NCBI RefSeq assembly: GCF_009914755.1
Contig: NC_060928.1
Reading direction: 5' to 3' (one strand)
Origin: the human T2T-CHM13v2.0 reference genome, Homo sapiens
Length of the DNA: 64,000 nucleotides
The notes beneath the pieces were generated by a model. The model was not told the origin of the DNA and made no database searches. It saw only the letters and a program-made list of their open reading frames with translations. Both the position numbers and the translations under genes were made by a program. Below, in pieces: positions 14,569 through 27,123 of the stretch (positions within the stretch are counted from its first letter, which is position 1; the number at the start of each line of letters is the position of its first letter).

Positions 14569-16933
14569 TGATATGGTTTGGATTTGTGTCCCACTTATGT
14601 TGAATTGTAATCTGCAGTGTTGGAAGAGGGGCCTGGTGGGATGTGATTGGATCATGAGGGTGGACTTCCCCCTTTCTGTTCTCATGATAGTGAGCGAGTT
14701 CTCATGAGATCTGCTTGTTTAAAAGTGTGTAGCACCTCCCCCTTCACCCTCTTCCTCCTGCTCTAGCCACATAACATGTACCTCCTTCCTCTTGGCCTTC
14801 TGCCATGATTGTAAGTTTCCTGAGGTTTCCCCAGCCATGCTTCCTGTACAACCTGTGGAACCATGAGACAAGTAAACTTCTTTTCTTTATAAATTACCCA
14901 GTCTCAAGTAGTTCTTTATAGCAATGCAAGAACAGGCAAATACAGAAAATTGGTAGCAGGAACTGGGCATTGCTATAAAGATAGCTGAAAATGTGGAAGC
15001 ACCTTTGGAACTGGGTAAGGGACACAGGTTGGAACAGTTTAGAGGGCTCAGAAGAAGAAAGATAAAGGAAAGTTTGGAACTCCCTAGAGACTTGTTAAAT
15101 TATTGTGGCCAAAATGCTGATAGTGATACGGACAATGAAATCCAGGCTAAGGTGCTCTCAGATGGAGATAAGAACTTATTGGGAAATGGAGCAGAGGCCA
15201 CTTTTGTTATGCGTTAGCAAAGAGGTTGGAGGCATTGTAACCCTGCCCTAGAGATCTGTGGAACTTTGAACTTCAGAGTGATGGTTTTGGGTATCTGGTG
15301 GAAAAAAATTCTAAGCAGCAAAGCATTCAAGATATGGCTTGGCTGCTTCTAACAACATATGCTCATATGTGTAGGCAAAGAGATGATCTGAAACTGGAAC
15401 TTATTTTTAAAAAGGGAAGCAGAGCATAAAAGTTTAGAAAATTTGCAGCCTCACCATGTGGTAGAAAATAAAGACCCATTTTCTGGGGAGGAAATCAAGC
15501 AAGCTGCAGAAATTTGCATAGGTAAAGATGGAATGTTAATAGCCCAGACAATGGGGAAAATGCCTCAAAGGCATTTCAGAAAACTTCAAGGCAGCCTCTC
15601 CCATCACAGGCCCATAGGGAGGAATGGTTCTGTGAGCTGGGCCCAGGGCCCTGCTGCCCTGTGCAACCTCAGGACACTGCTGTCTGCATCCCAGCCACTC
15701 CAGCTCCACCTGTGGCTAAAAGGGCCCCAGATACATCTCAGGCTGCTGCTCCAGAGGGTGTAAGCTATAACCTTTGGTGGCTTCCACATGGTGTTAAGCC
15801 ACGTGCACAGAGGGCAAGAGTTGAGGCTTGGGAGCCTCTGCCTAGATTTCAGAGAATGTATAGAAACACCTGAATGTCCAGGCAGAAGTCTGCTGCTGGG
15901 GTGGACCCCTCATGGAGAATCTCTACTAGGGCAATATGGAGGGTAAATGTGGCGTGAGAGGCCCCACACAGAGTCTCCACTGTGGCACTGCCTAGCAGAG
16001 CTGTGAGAAGAAGGCTACTCCAGACCTCAGAACAGCAGATCTACCAACAGCTTGCACCGTGTGCCTAGAAAAGCTGCAGCCACTCAATACCAGCCTGTGA
16101 AAGCAGTGGAGGGGGCTTTCTAGCCCTCCACTGTGGTTCTACCCTGCAGAACCACAGGGGCAGAGATGACCAATGCCTTGGGAGCCCATCCCTTGCTTCA
16201 GAGTGCCCTGGATGTGAGACATGGAGTCAAATGAGATTATTTTGGACCTTTAAGATTTAATAACTGCCTTGCTGGGTTTTGGACTTGCCTGGGGCCTGTA
16301 GTGCCTTTGTTTTGGCTGATTTCTTCTTTTTGAAATGAGTGCATTTATCCAATGCCTATACTCCCATTGTATCTTAGAAGTAACTAACTTGTTTTTAATT
16401 TTACAGGCTCATAGGTGGAAAGGACTTCCCTTGTCTCAGATTAGACTTTGGACTGAGGACTTTTGAGTTAATGATGAAATGAGTTAAGGCTTTGGGGGAC
16501 TGTTAAGAAGGGATGGTTGCATTTTGAAATGTAAGAAGGACATGAGACTTAGGAGAGGCCAGAGGTGAAATAATATGGTTTAGATTTGTGTCCCTGCCCA
16601 AATCTCATGTCAAATTGTAATCACCAGTGTTGGAAGAGGGGTCTGGTGGGATGTGACTGTATCATGGGGGCAGACTTCCCCCTTGCTGTTCTCATAATAG
16701 TGAGTTCTCATGAGATCTGATTGTTTAAAACTATGTAGCACCTCCCCTTCACTCTTTCTCCTGGGATGTACATCCTTCCTCTTCTCCTCCCACCATGAGT
16801 GTAAGTTTCCTGAGGCCTCCCTGGCCATGCTTCCTGTACAGCCTGTGGAACCATAAGCCAATTAAACCTCCTCCTTTATTAATTACCCAGTATTAGGTAG
16901 TTCTTTATAGCAATGCAAGAATGGACTAATACA
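14569..16933 (+). mobile_element. Complete MSTA MaLR provirus: LTR 14569-14944, internal 14945-16570, LTR 16571-16933
   Basis: Two similar LTRs (T(G/A)ATATGGTTT...AATACA); MaLR internal ORF remnants (14993..15217, 15443..15873); perfect 5-bp TSD CTTTC at 14564-14568 and 16934-16938. Confidence 0.95.
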
Positions 16934-17619
16934 CTTTCTTTTCAACTTATTACCTGCTTTGTCTCAGAGGGGAAATTGTCCTTTGATCTGTAACCCCCTC
17001 TATCTATTGCCCACCTCTCATTTCCTTTCAAGTTTATTCTTCATACTGTTCTATAAGCTTTAGCATTGCATTAGCATAGATTTACAGCCCAGGAGGAAAT
17101 AATCATTTCTATTGGCGTACGCAAGTTTTCTGACTTTCAAAAAATATATTACTTAATACTATTTGTTTATTTGACAAATCTGTATTAGCCTCTAGTATAT
17201 GCCAAGCACTGCTCAAGAAGGATCCATTCCAGATCTCAATAGGGATGAAAGCTCTCCAGCATAGTTAATTCCTTCTGCTCTAGGCCATGGATCTCCATCT
17301 CAGAGGTCATAGAGGCAGAATAAAATCAAAGTAGGGAAACTTGCCCATATTTTTTGTTGGCAGGATAAATTTATGAGCACAGCCAATGCCTTTAACTGTA
17401 TACTGAGTCTTAATGATACTAGAATACATTTGGATTAGCTTTCCTATTGATTTCCAGTTTGTGATTATTCATTGAAGGGTAAAAATTGTATATGTAAGAG
17501 AGAGATGATGTTTTTGAAAGTTTCAACAAAATGGCCAAGATATGATACTGACAAACATGGTAGAGGATGTGGACAATGGTTCCAAGAAGCAATCTTTTAT
17601 CCCTGATTGCTACATATGA

Positions 17620-17795
17620 TCATGTTTTTGAAATCATGAGTCAAAACCCTAGAGTGGGTTATAAAATCAATTTAATAAAATGTAGCATTTTTTTAAAAAG
17701 ATAATAAAGAAGAGAATGGAAAATATGAGTGTACTGCACATATAAAAAGTAGTTTTCATGTAACAAAATATTATTTTCACATATTGAAAGCCACT
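17620..17795 (+). mobile_element. hAT-Charlie DNA transposon remnant
   Basis: gtgggttataaaatcaattt...gaaaatatgagtgtactgcac resembles recalled Charlie-derived MITEs. Confidence 0.45.
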
Positions 17796-17799
17796 TATT

Positions 17800-18668
17800 T
17801 GTGTCTACCAAGCTTCATGAATGAGCAATCTATATCCTCCACCTATACCTCATTACTTCCCAATCTCAATCAGTTGTTTTTGCTTTAGTAACTCCACTAA
17901 AACTATTCTTGAAAATGCCACAAATTTACTTCTATTTGTCAAATTTGATGTATCTCCTTCAGATATAATACATTCATAGTTGAATTCTCTGCAGTGGTGT
18001 ACATTGTTCATATCTTGTTAAAACTTGCACTGTCTTTGCTTTTGTGACAACACAAATGATTCTCTTCCCATCACTCTGGTATTTCTCTCTAGTTTTTGTT
18101 CCTTGGTGTCTCTCCCTGACTCTACTCTTCAAATCCTGGCACTTCTGCAGAAGAGAGCATGAGCCTTAGAGAAGCCATATACACTAAAATTGAACTTTAT
18201 CTCTGCAACATGTCCCTTCCAACACCTCTTCTGGGCCCCATTACTATTGTCTCTTGCCTAGATCTTTCCTTCTGTTGATTGTCAAAAGTAGCTAGAATGG
18301 CCTTAGTGAAAGGAAAGTCAGATCAAAGGTTTTGATTCCTTTTATCAAAACCACTCTTTGGTCCTATGACCTCCTTCCAGTCTTTGCTCAAATAGAATCT
18401 TCTCAGAGAGGCCTCCCAGGCCTCCCTATTTAAATATATAACTCCAGACCCACCACAACGTACTCTGACCCCCTTTCCAGCTTTATTTTTCTCCATAGCC
18501 CCTTTATAGAATACTTTATACTTATTTGTTTACTGCCTGTCTTCTTTAACTGGATCATAAGATTGAGCACCACAGTAATTTCTGTTTTGTAGACTGCTAT
18601 ATTCCCAGCATCTAGAATCAGTGGCCCATAGAAAAAGACTAATAATATTTATTAAAAGAATGAGTGAC
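17800..18668 (+). mobile_element. L2 3' region
   Basis: ccactaaaactattctt; ends atttattaaaagaatgagtga. Confidence 0.7.
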
Positions 18669-18787
18669 TATCATCAATCATTTATTATTATTCTTATCAT
18701 GGTAAACCTAAGAGTACACATGGCTATGTGTATTATGCTATTCAGTTATCTCTCACTAATACAGTTTTAAAAAGGACTCTTAGCCAT

Positions 18788-19452
18788 TGCTATGGTCTGA
18801 ATGTGTCCCCACAAAATGAATATGTTGAAACTTATTTGCCAGTGTATTAGTATTAAGAGGTGGGGACTTTGGAAAGTGATTAAGTCATGAGGACAGAGCC
18901 TTTATGGATGAAATTGATGACCTTATATAAGAGGTGTAGGCTGGGCACGGTGGCTCATGACTGTAACCCCAGCACTTTGGGAGGCTGAGGCAGGCAGATC
19001 ACTTGAGGCCAGGAGTTCGAGACCAGCCTGGCCAAAATGGCAAAACCCTGTCTCTACTAAAAAGTCAAAAATTAGCCCACCATGGTGGTACATGACTGTA
19101 GTTCCAGTTACTCAAAAGACCGAGGCATGAGAATGGCTTGAATGCAGGAGGCGGAGGTTTCAGTGAGCTGAGATTGTGCCACTGCACTCCAGCCTGTGTG
19201 ACAGAGTGAGACTCTGTCTCAAAAATAATAACAATAAATAAATAAAAGAGATCCAAAAGAGATGCTCATCACTTTTGCACCTTCTACCATGTGAGGACGT
19301 AGCAAGGGAGTGCTAGCCCTCACCAGACACCAAATCTGCTGGTGCCTTGATCTTGGACTTCCCAGCTTCTAGAATTGTTAGAAATAAGTTTCTATTGTTT
19401 ATAAATTAACCAAGCTAAGGCACTTTGTCATAGCAGTAGGGTGACTAAGATA
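18788..19452 (+). mobile_element. MLT1A-type MaLR solo LTR interrupted by an Alu
   Basis: TGCTATGGTCTGAATGTG...GACTAAGATA; TSD gccat/gccac. Confidence 0.88.
18939..19246 (+). mobile_element. AluS (Sz-like) nested in MLT1A
   Basis: Full dimer with an AAAT-type tail. Confidence 0.95.
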
Positions 19453-19999
19453 GCCACTAGGCAAAAATAAGAGGTGTTTATATGAAATTGACTGAAATTA
19501 ATAGCCAGGTCTTAAAAGATGAGGACATCTGAATCCTACCCTTAACTGCGCTCCTGCTGGCTGACCCTACAAGATGCAGATACCTATACATGAGCCTGGA
19601 TTAACAGATAATCCAAATGTCCAAGGCATGCTGCCATTGGGTCCTTCCTTTTAATCTACTCCATCACACACAAGATCATTTCTATTGTCCTAAAATGTGT
19701 TAAAGATAGTTTAGTTTCCTTCTTTTATTTTCCTGGCAATAGCCCACCATTGTATATCGAAAGAAAAAAAAATTGATAAATTATTGTCTCATGAATTCTA
19801 GCCAATCACAAATGTACTTGTTTTCCTTTTTATTCACTACTATAGCATTTTAAAGACATACTTGTTACCATATAAATGTCAACTAACCCACTAAGATTTT
19901 TCCCCTAATAATAAATAAGTACTTCTCCCCAGCCCTCATTCCTAGGGAGAGGAAAGAAAACAACTTAATTTTCTCTCAACATCCCCACTTTATCCTCAT

Positions 20000-20155
20000 C
20001 TAATTTTCACAAAATTACAATAACTCTCTTAGGTTTTACTATTATCTCCATCTTACAGATGAGGAAAATAAGACATTAAGGGGAATAACAAACATGTCCA
20101 GGCTCTCCATATATCAGGTGGAAGAGCTGTGTTTTGACTCTGAGGCCAGTGTTTT
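20000..20155 (-). mobile_element. MIR
   Basis: attatctccatcttacagatgaggaaa core. Confidence 0.75.
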
Positions 20156-20159
20156 GCTA

Positions 20160-20760
20160 GAACCTAAGGAAAGGAAAGAAATGGGAATTATGGGACAGAT
20201 CCTAAAAGAAGAATCTTTCTCTCTTAAACAGCATTTCTCATGTATATATCTCAATATTTTGACAATTGTCAAAACCAGTAGGACTTGCTGATCAATTGTG
20301 AAGAGGCTAAGAGCAAAAGAGAAATTAAGGATGACTCCCAGGTTTCTGGCTGGGTTAACAGGGTAGATGATGGTCTTCAAATAATCTATAGAAGGAAGAG
20401 ATTGAAAGTACAAGTTTATGGGATCAATTTTGAACTAAGTTCAAGATGTCTCTGGGGATACAATTTTGAAGCTCAAAGTGTAGCCTGGGCTAGAGATAGA
20501 AATATGGAAGTCAAAAGCATTTAGGTAGAATACAGAATCATAGAGGAGGCTAGTAAGTTCACCCAGAAAGAGTCTACTGCATTTGGCAAGTGGAAAATCT
20601 GAGAAAGAGGAGTTCTATTGGAATGAGAGAGTAAGCGAAAGATTGTTGTGGATCAAAGAGTAAATGGTTGGTGAGAAAGCAGAAACAGAGAAGTCTACTC
20701 TTCTGAGAAATACTTACTCAAAGAGAAAAGGAAGTGATTGAACATTCTCTGAAAGTCACA
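20160..20760 (-). mobile_element. L2 fragment
   Basis: aaggatgactcccaggtttctggc and gggctagagatagaaatatgg motifs. Confidence 0.75.
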
Positions 20761-21085
20761 CAGCGACACTATTACATTTTCTTGAACTAATAATCTCCCA
20801 TTTGATGCCTTCCAAAATCAACCTTTCCAGAAACACAGCTTTGAAAGCCTCATGTCCCAGAAAAGGCCTTGCCAGATATGGTTGTCCACCCTTGAGTGTC
20901 CCTGGAGTCCCCTGAAACAGCACTCCTTAGGAAATATGTGCTGGCCTCTTCTACATCCTGGGGGTTTTAAGATCCTGCTCATTTAGGAAAGCCAATCTGT
21001 CTAAACAAATGCTAATGTGTTAAAGTGTTACCCTTTCCCTGGGTAAACTTTGGGCTGCCCACTTAGGAAACCATGTTTTCTTCTA

Positions 21086-21400
21086 AAGCAGCATTTTACA
21101 GTGTGCTTCATTGAAAGCTAGTACCACTAGATGCAATGAGTATTACATGAAAACATACACTAAAATATAGAAGGCTTAATGGTCCACCAATCTGAGAAAA
21201 TGCTGGATTAAACAAAGTTAAACAGATTTCTTTACAGCAAGATTTCTCAGAGACTAATATTCTAATGTGCATCATAAAATTACATCATAAAATTACAGGA
21301 GGGAGATATAAAATTCAGCATTTTCCAAAATTACCTAATGAGAGGACTTTCTTAAAGGTTCATCACATGGGTCATAAATTTAGAAATATGTTTTCCTATA
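21086..21400 (+). mobile_element. Charlie4-type hAT transposon remnant
   Basis: ttaaacaaagttaaacagatttctttac...ttctcagag...ctaatgtgcat. Confidence 0.6.
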
Positions 21401-21851
21401 GGAACAATATTAACAGAGGGTACTTCAGGCAATTTGACAGACTAATTAGAGATCAAAATTGGTGCCACTGTCATTGTACCAGGCATCACGCCCTCAACCA
21501 TGTTCTCTTCTTTTCACTTACTTTCTGCACTTTCCTCACACGTTGACATAAATTCAGGCACAATCACTTTTAATGACAATGGACCCTTGCTTGAAAATTG
21601 AAGTGTTTGTTTTCCCTTTTGACCAGCTAAAGTCTATGGATTCCATAATAAAAACTGGGATTGCAGCTTGTGGTGCTTTTTATTTCACAGGCCTGTGGTG
21701 GCTGACTACAAATGAGATAAAGCTGATGAATAAACTTGTTGATCATTGATATTATTTCCCTGATTCTATTTGTTTTTGCTTTTCTCTTTTATAGCTTGCA
21801 AGCTCAGTTGTTACAAGAAAAATCAATAAACAAGCTTTAAAGGAAACTTAC

Positions 21852-22066
21852 ACCCAGGGAGAATAAAGGCCCTTTTTGCCTTGAAGTTACTCTTTTTCTC
21901 TTTTAAGGGAGTAATATCCACTCCACAGCCAGAGTTCACTTTCAAGTCAACAGGAGCCCTATGTGCTCACGAGGACTCTCTGCTGGGAGAACAAGGGCCC
22001 CAAATATTTGCAAAAGATATCTGGGTTATCTTCTGGGAATTGAATTGTTCTACAAATCAGACTGGA
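21852..22066 (-). pseudogene. Exon (215 nt, 0-1, one frameshift): SSLICRTIQFPEDNPDIFCKYLGPLFSQQRVLVST/HRAPVDLKVNSGCGVDITPLKEKKSNFKAKRAFILPG
   Basis: Acceptor agtttctgtttttcag|, donor GGT|gtaagt; two open halves meet at AGCACAT (possible loss of a CA dinucleotide). Confidence 0.68.
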
Positions 22067-22394
22067 CTGAAAAACAGAAACTAATGTTAATAAGAAATGT
22101 TATTATATATAACTAATGTTAACAAGAAAATAAACAATTGTCCACATGTGCAGTGGCTAGGAAATAAATTAGGAAAGTCTACCAAAGGTAGTCTTTTCAT
22201 GTGAATATAAATGAAACACAACCCTATTAACTGAGGTAGAGATTTTCATCTCTGTCCTCTCCCAGAGCTCAAACCTGAGTAAGAGAGACCAAATCCTTTT
22301 GAGCTCTCTGCTCTAGGTAAAAAGATTTTCATCATTGAATCCTAGTATTTAAAGGATTTAGCCTTGGGCCACATGTGTGATTTGCAAATTGGAG

Positions 22395-22597
22395 CAGTAT
22401 CATCTAATAGAACCATGAGATGATTAAAATGCTCTATAATGTTGCAATGTCCAGTATGTTAGCCAGTAGTTGCATATAAATATTGAGCACTTGAAATGTT
22501 GCTAGTGTAAAGAAATTCCCAATTTTATTTAATTTGAATTTAACTCAAATTCAAATAATCACATGTGCCTAGTGGCTATCCGCTAGCATAGCACTAG
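22395..22597 (+). mobile_element. MER3 (hAT-Charlie MITE)
   Basis: attgagcacttgaaatgttgctagtg...cacatgtgcctagtggcta. Confidence 0.8.
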
Positions 22598-22867
22598 AAA
22601 GTAGGAGTAGAATTTGTCAAGTTGGAATACCAGCTTTTTAATAGGGGGCATAGAATAACATGGGGATCTCCAACCCCATTTTCATCCAAGAATAGCATAT
22701 CACAAAGTCAGTGAAATACAATGCTGAATACAAAATGTCTATAACCACCTGGTAAAGCAAAGTGTGTAGAAATAAAGGCATAGGTGAAAGTGGAATGGCA
22801 GTACCAGGTAGAGCAGGGTCTGACAGTGTAGCAGAAGAGAGCCCTGGGAAGGAGCTCTGGGAGAAGT

Positions 22868-23420
22868 TAGGGTTGCAGTTAGCTATGACTGCCTAACAAA
22901 TTATCCCAACATTTAGTGGCTTCAAATATTGACATTTGTTTTGTTAACCATCTGCATTTTAGGCTGGGACCATGGGGAGATAGCTTTTCTCTGTTTCACT
23001 CATTATCACTTGGGCTGTGGCAAGGCCAGGAGCTGAGACCATTTGAAGATTTGTTTATTTACATGGTTGGCAAATGATGCTGGCTGTTGGCAGAGACCTT
23101 AGCTGGACTGTCAGCTGGAACACCTTACAAATGGTTACTCCATTAGGCCTGGACTTTCTCACAACATGATAGCCAGATTCTAAGGACAAGTGTCCCAAAA
23201 AAGAGAGAGGCAAGCAGCTTCTATGTCAACTTTATGACCTACATTTGGAGATCACATAGCATTACTTCTCCAGTGCTTAACACAGCAGACACAAACCCAC
23301 TCAGGTTCAAGGGAGGGGAAAATAGTCCTCACCTCTTGATGGGGATGCCAACGAGGTTCTGGAAAAACATTTGAGACTGGAGACATTGCTGTGGCCATTT
23401 TTGCAAACTAATCCATTGTC
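22868..23420 (-). mobile_element. MLT1 (G/H-type) LTR
   Basis: agttagctat...taacaaattatccc...ttagtggctt; ggttcaagggagggg; cacctcttgatggg. Confidence 0.75.
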
Positions 23421-24095
23421 ATTAATTAAAATTGTTTAGTTCTCAAACAAAAGAAACCTTAGTCAAACCTGTTTAATAACATACACATACATATTCTACA
23501 AAAATTAGCAAGCTATAGGCTTCAAGTATGGCTAGATTCAGTGACCCAAATGATACTATCGCATCTTTCTAATACTTGCTCATTCATTCTGTATCTTGGC
23601 TCTTTCTTATCTCTCAATTTTTTTCTTTTAATTTTTAACTGTTGCATTATCTTCCCCAAACGGCAGAACAAAAAATTACTGGCTGCCATAAGTCAACATC
23701 CTGACAATTTTGATCCTAAAAGAAGAATCTTTCTCTCTTAAATAGCATTTCTCATGTTATGGCTATGAATAATTCTGCTCAGGGCACGTGCCCAATCCTT
23801 GCAGAATCACTGGATCCTGAAAGGTAAAGTTTCCTAACAGGCCAGGTAGAGGTCCCAAGTCTACATTAGCAGCAAGTATTTAAATCTCATTGTATTAAAG
23901 TTTTTTCATATGTAGGATGGATTTCTGGCATATTCATTGTGAAACGACCTCAATTACCCTGCCTCTTCTATCCAACCAATTGTAATGGTCAGTAGCATGC
24001 AGTAATTTGTGTCAGTTCTGAACCTTGGGCCTCAAGAGCTCTTTCACATTTCTGCCTTCTCCTTCTTAGAACCCTGCTACCAACATGAGGATAAG
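23420..24095. mobile_element. Further degenerate MLT1 LTR fragments
   Basis: ggcttcaagtatggctagattcag; gggcctcaagag...ttagaaccctgctacc. Confidence 0.5.
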
Positions 24096-24439
24096 GTATT
24101 AAGTGATAGGTTAACATAAGTAAAACCTCTAATTCAGTTTCTTACACATAAGAGCAGGATAAATGGTTACTATGATCAATCTTATTATTTCTATTTTCTA
24201 GTTTTGTCTTCATAATAACCCTAGGTATGACCATGGCAAGTATTACTGTCCTTTTTATTGATGAGGAAATGAATATACCAAGTGGTTAAAATGTATAGAT
24301 TACCAAATGTAAAAGTACTGATAGAGTGGGCAGGTAGACCTTGAAATACATGCTAATGAGATTAGTGGCTGCATGAAGGACAGTAAATTTTGAGACTAAA
24401 TTTTATGAGGATGAATTTTGAAACTGACTTGATGGAATT

Positions 24440-24660
24440 CATAGTGGCTAATATACATTAACTACTTACTATGTACCAGTAACTATTCTAAGTTTCTATT
24501 AATATCCTCACTTAAGTAACTAAATTATGTAAGAATCTTTCTTTCCCAGTTTTGCAGAAGAAGGCAATATTAGACACAGAGCTTAAATAGCTTGCTTCAG
24601 CCAGGAAGCAATAAGCTAAGAAGTTACCAGTCTGGGATTCGAACCCAAACTATCTGGCTA
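24440..24660 (-). mobile_element. MIR
   Basis: cttactatgtaccag...ctgggattcgaacccaaactatctggct. Confidence 0.7.
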
Positions 24661-25099
24661 CCAAAATGTCCATCAATGGTAGACTGGATTAAGAAAATGT
24701 GGCACATATACAACATGGAATACTATGCAGCCATAAAAAAGGATTAGTTCTTGTCCTTTGCAGGGACATGGATGAAGCTGGAAACCATCATTCTGAGCAA
24801 ACTATCACAAGGACAGAAAACCAAACACCACATGTTGTCACTCATAGGTGGGAAATGAGCAATGAGAACACTTGGACACAGGGCGGGGAACATCACATAC
24901 CAGGGCCTGTCGTGGGGTGGGGAATTGGGGGAGGGATAGCATTAGGAGAAATACCTAATGTAAATAACGAGTTAATGGGTGCAGCACACCAACATGGCAC
25001 ATGTATACATATGTAACAAACCTGCACATTGTGCACATGTACCTTAGAACTTAACATATAATAATAAGAAAAAAGAAAGCAAAAAAAAAAAAAAAAAAG
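24661..25099 (+). mobile_element. 5'-truncated L1PA 3' end with poly(A)
   Basis: ORF2 end, 3'UTR G-rich tract and poly(A). Confidence 0.95.
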
Positions 25100-25726
25100 A
25101 ATTGCCCCTTGTACACTCTTCTGTCTCTGAAACGAAGAACAAGATGTTAGGAAAGGGGAGAAAAAAGTTAAATTCTAGGTAGAAAGAATGGTAAATGCAA
25201 AGCCAGCAGGGTAGAAATAAGTAAGTCGTACGCATATGAGATCAACCAGGCTGTATAGCTACAAGGCAACATCTGGGTGAGGAATCGACTGGAAATGAGG
25301 TTGAGAAAATTTAGAATGCAGCAGCAGAAAAGCAGTCTTTGAATGTCAGATTGAGGTGTTTGAATTTATGAAATAGCCCAAAGGAAACCCCATTCTCTCT
25401 GTTTTAACTTAATCCACTTAAATGTACAAGCAAATGAACATGTTGAGAAGAAATGCACTGATACATATAGAAATGGAAGTTAGCTTTTTAAGTGTAGTTA
25501 AAACAGTTTGTTTAAAATTGGCGGGCTCTCTATTCAAAATACCTCATGAGCAGTTGTCATTTAACTATAAATTACGAAGAAAGTGGCAGACTGAAGACAG
25601 ATGCCCCAATCGGATCTTATTCCTTGCCCCTTCTAGAGAGTTAAGTATGGGAAGCATAGGCTGGACTATTCTAGATCAAGCAAACTTGTGCGTCCGCATC
25701 AGGCTCAATGATAAGAGTGTCTTAAC

Positions 25727-25847
25727 TGAACATTAAGCTAGCGCTGTGCCTTCTGTTCATGAATAGCACTTTCTCATGGCATAGGTAGTCAGGGCCACGA
25801 GCAAGTGCTATTCATGAATGAAAGGTACAGCATTAGCTTGATGTTCA
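25727..25847. repeat. Inverted repeat: 54-bp arms (45/54 match, no gaps), 13-nt loop
   Basis: 25727-25780 is the reverse complement of 25794-25847. Confidence 0.95.
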
Positions 25848-26503
25848 TATTGATGTTCATATGCCAAGTAACTGTAGCATGATTTCAAATGTCTGCCTCA
25901 TCACCTGTAAACATAATTAAAGAATAACAATCAAAGTCTTGGGGAAAATCCTGTTAAGTCCTTTTTACTGGTAGTTCTAAAATAGAGATGCAAAACTCAG
26001 TAAGATTTAAGAAACTCAGTGTTAATCTTATGAAGTTAAACCAATAATCCTCAAATATAACAACTTCAGTATGAAAGTACATATTCCCTGAGCCTATGAA
26101 CTAGCTCAGTTAGCCCCACCTCACTATACCAACTAAAAAAATCTTAAACATGATAAAGATGTAACATTTACATTAATATTTTCCTTGGTACAATGTGCTT
26201 CAGGAAAGCAAATGTTTTTATAATTATCTTTACATCTTGAATGGATTTAAAGCAGATTTTTTTCCAAGGGAGAGAAATGGGAACAACTCTTCCTTTCTCT
26301 TTATCACTTACAAACCTGCTTCACACTTGGTTGACTCACACCCAATCACCTATGACTGATTTCTAAATCATGCTTAAGATCCAACAAATTAGATTGAATC
26401 CTCCTGCTAATGTAAACCTAACCTTATAAAAAATTAATGGCATTATTTAAAATAACATTATTAGTATCTATTGAACATTGGCCAATACTACAATTTTCTT
26501 ATT

Positions 26504-26796
26504 TTTTATTTTTTGAGACAGGGTCTTACTTTGCCACCCAGGATGGAGTGTAGTGGTGTGACCACGGCTCCCTGCTGCCTCAACCTCTCGGGGGTTAGGT
26601 GATCCTCCCACCTCAGCCTCCTGAGTAGCTAGGACTACAGGTGCCCGTCACATGCCCAGCTAATTTTTGTATTTTTAGTAAAAATGGGGTTTCGCGATGT
26701 TGCCCAGGCTGGTCTCAAATTCCTGGCCTCAAGTGATCTGCACGCCTCGGCCTCCCAAAGTGCTGGGATTACAGGCATGACCCATTGAACCCAGCC
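26504..26796 (-). mobile_element. AluJ, full length
   Basis: gagacagggtct and gatcctcccacctcagcc; 15-bp TSD ta(c/t)aattttcttatt. Confidence 0.95.
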
Positions 26797-27047
26797 TATA
26801 ATTTTCTTATTAATTTCTGAAAAAAATGAGATACTTTTACTAATTCTTAAAAACTAAAAAATTATATGTACTATAATCCATGGAAAATATCATTTTTTCT
26901 TATTTCTAGATGATGTTGTCAACTCATGAGCAAACATTCATAATACTCTATGGCATCTATCCAAAAGTTGAGTACCTTGTAACAACTGAACAGAGATCCA
27001 TGAAAGTTTAGAAATTATTAAGGAAAAAAATTAAAGATAGAATTTAC

Positions 27048-27123
27048 TAAGTAAAAAGGGCACAGATGTGGATGCCGAAAAATTAATACTACACAATCTT
27101 CTGATGGGCTATAGCACCAAATG
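27048..27123 (-). pseudogene. Exon (76 nt, 2-0): (L)IWCYSPSEDCVVLIFRHPHLCPFYL
   Basis: Acceptor ttttgtttcattctgtttttgtaacag|, donor TTA|gtaaat; open (ORF 27018..27203); supplies the required phase 2 to 0 bridge. Confidence 0.62.

Noticed and set aside
25515-25541. E2F-like ttggcggg next to a reverse TTTGAA (CHR-like) motif
   Set aside because: No CpG island or promoter context, and orientation and spacing do not match canonical CDE/CHR.
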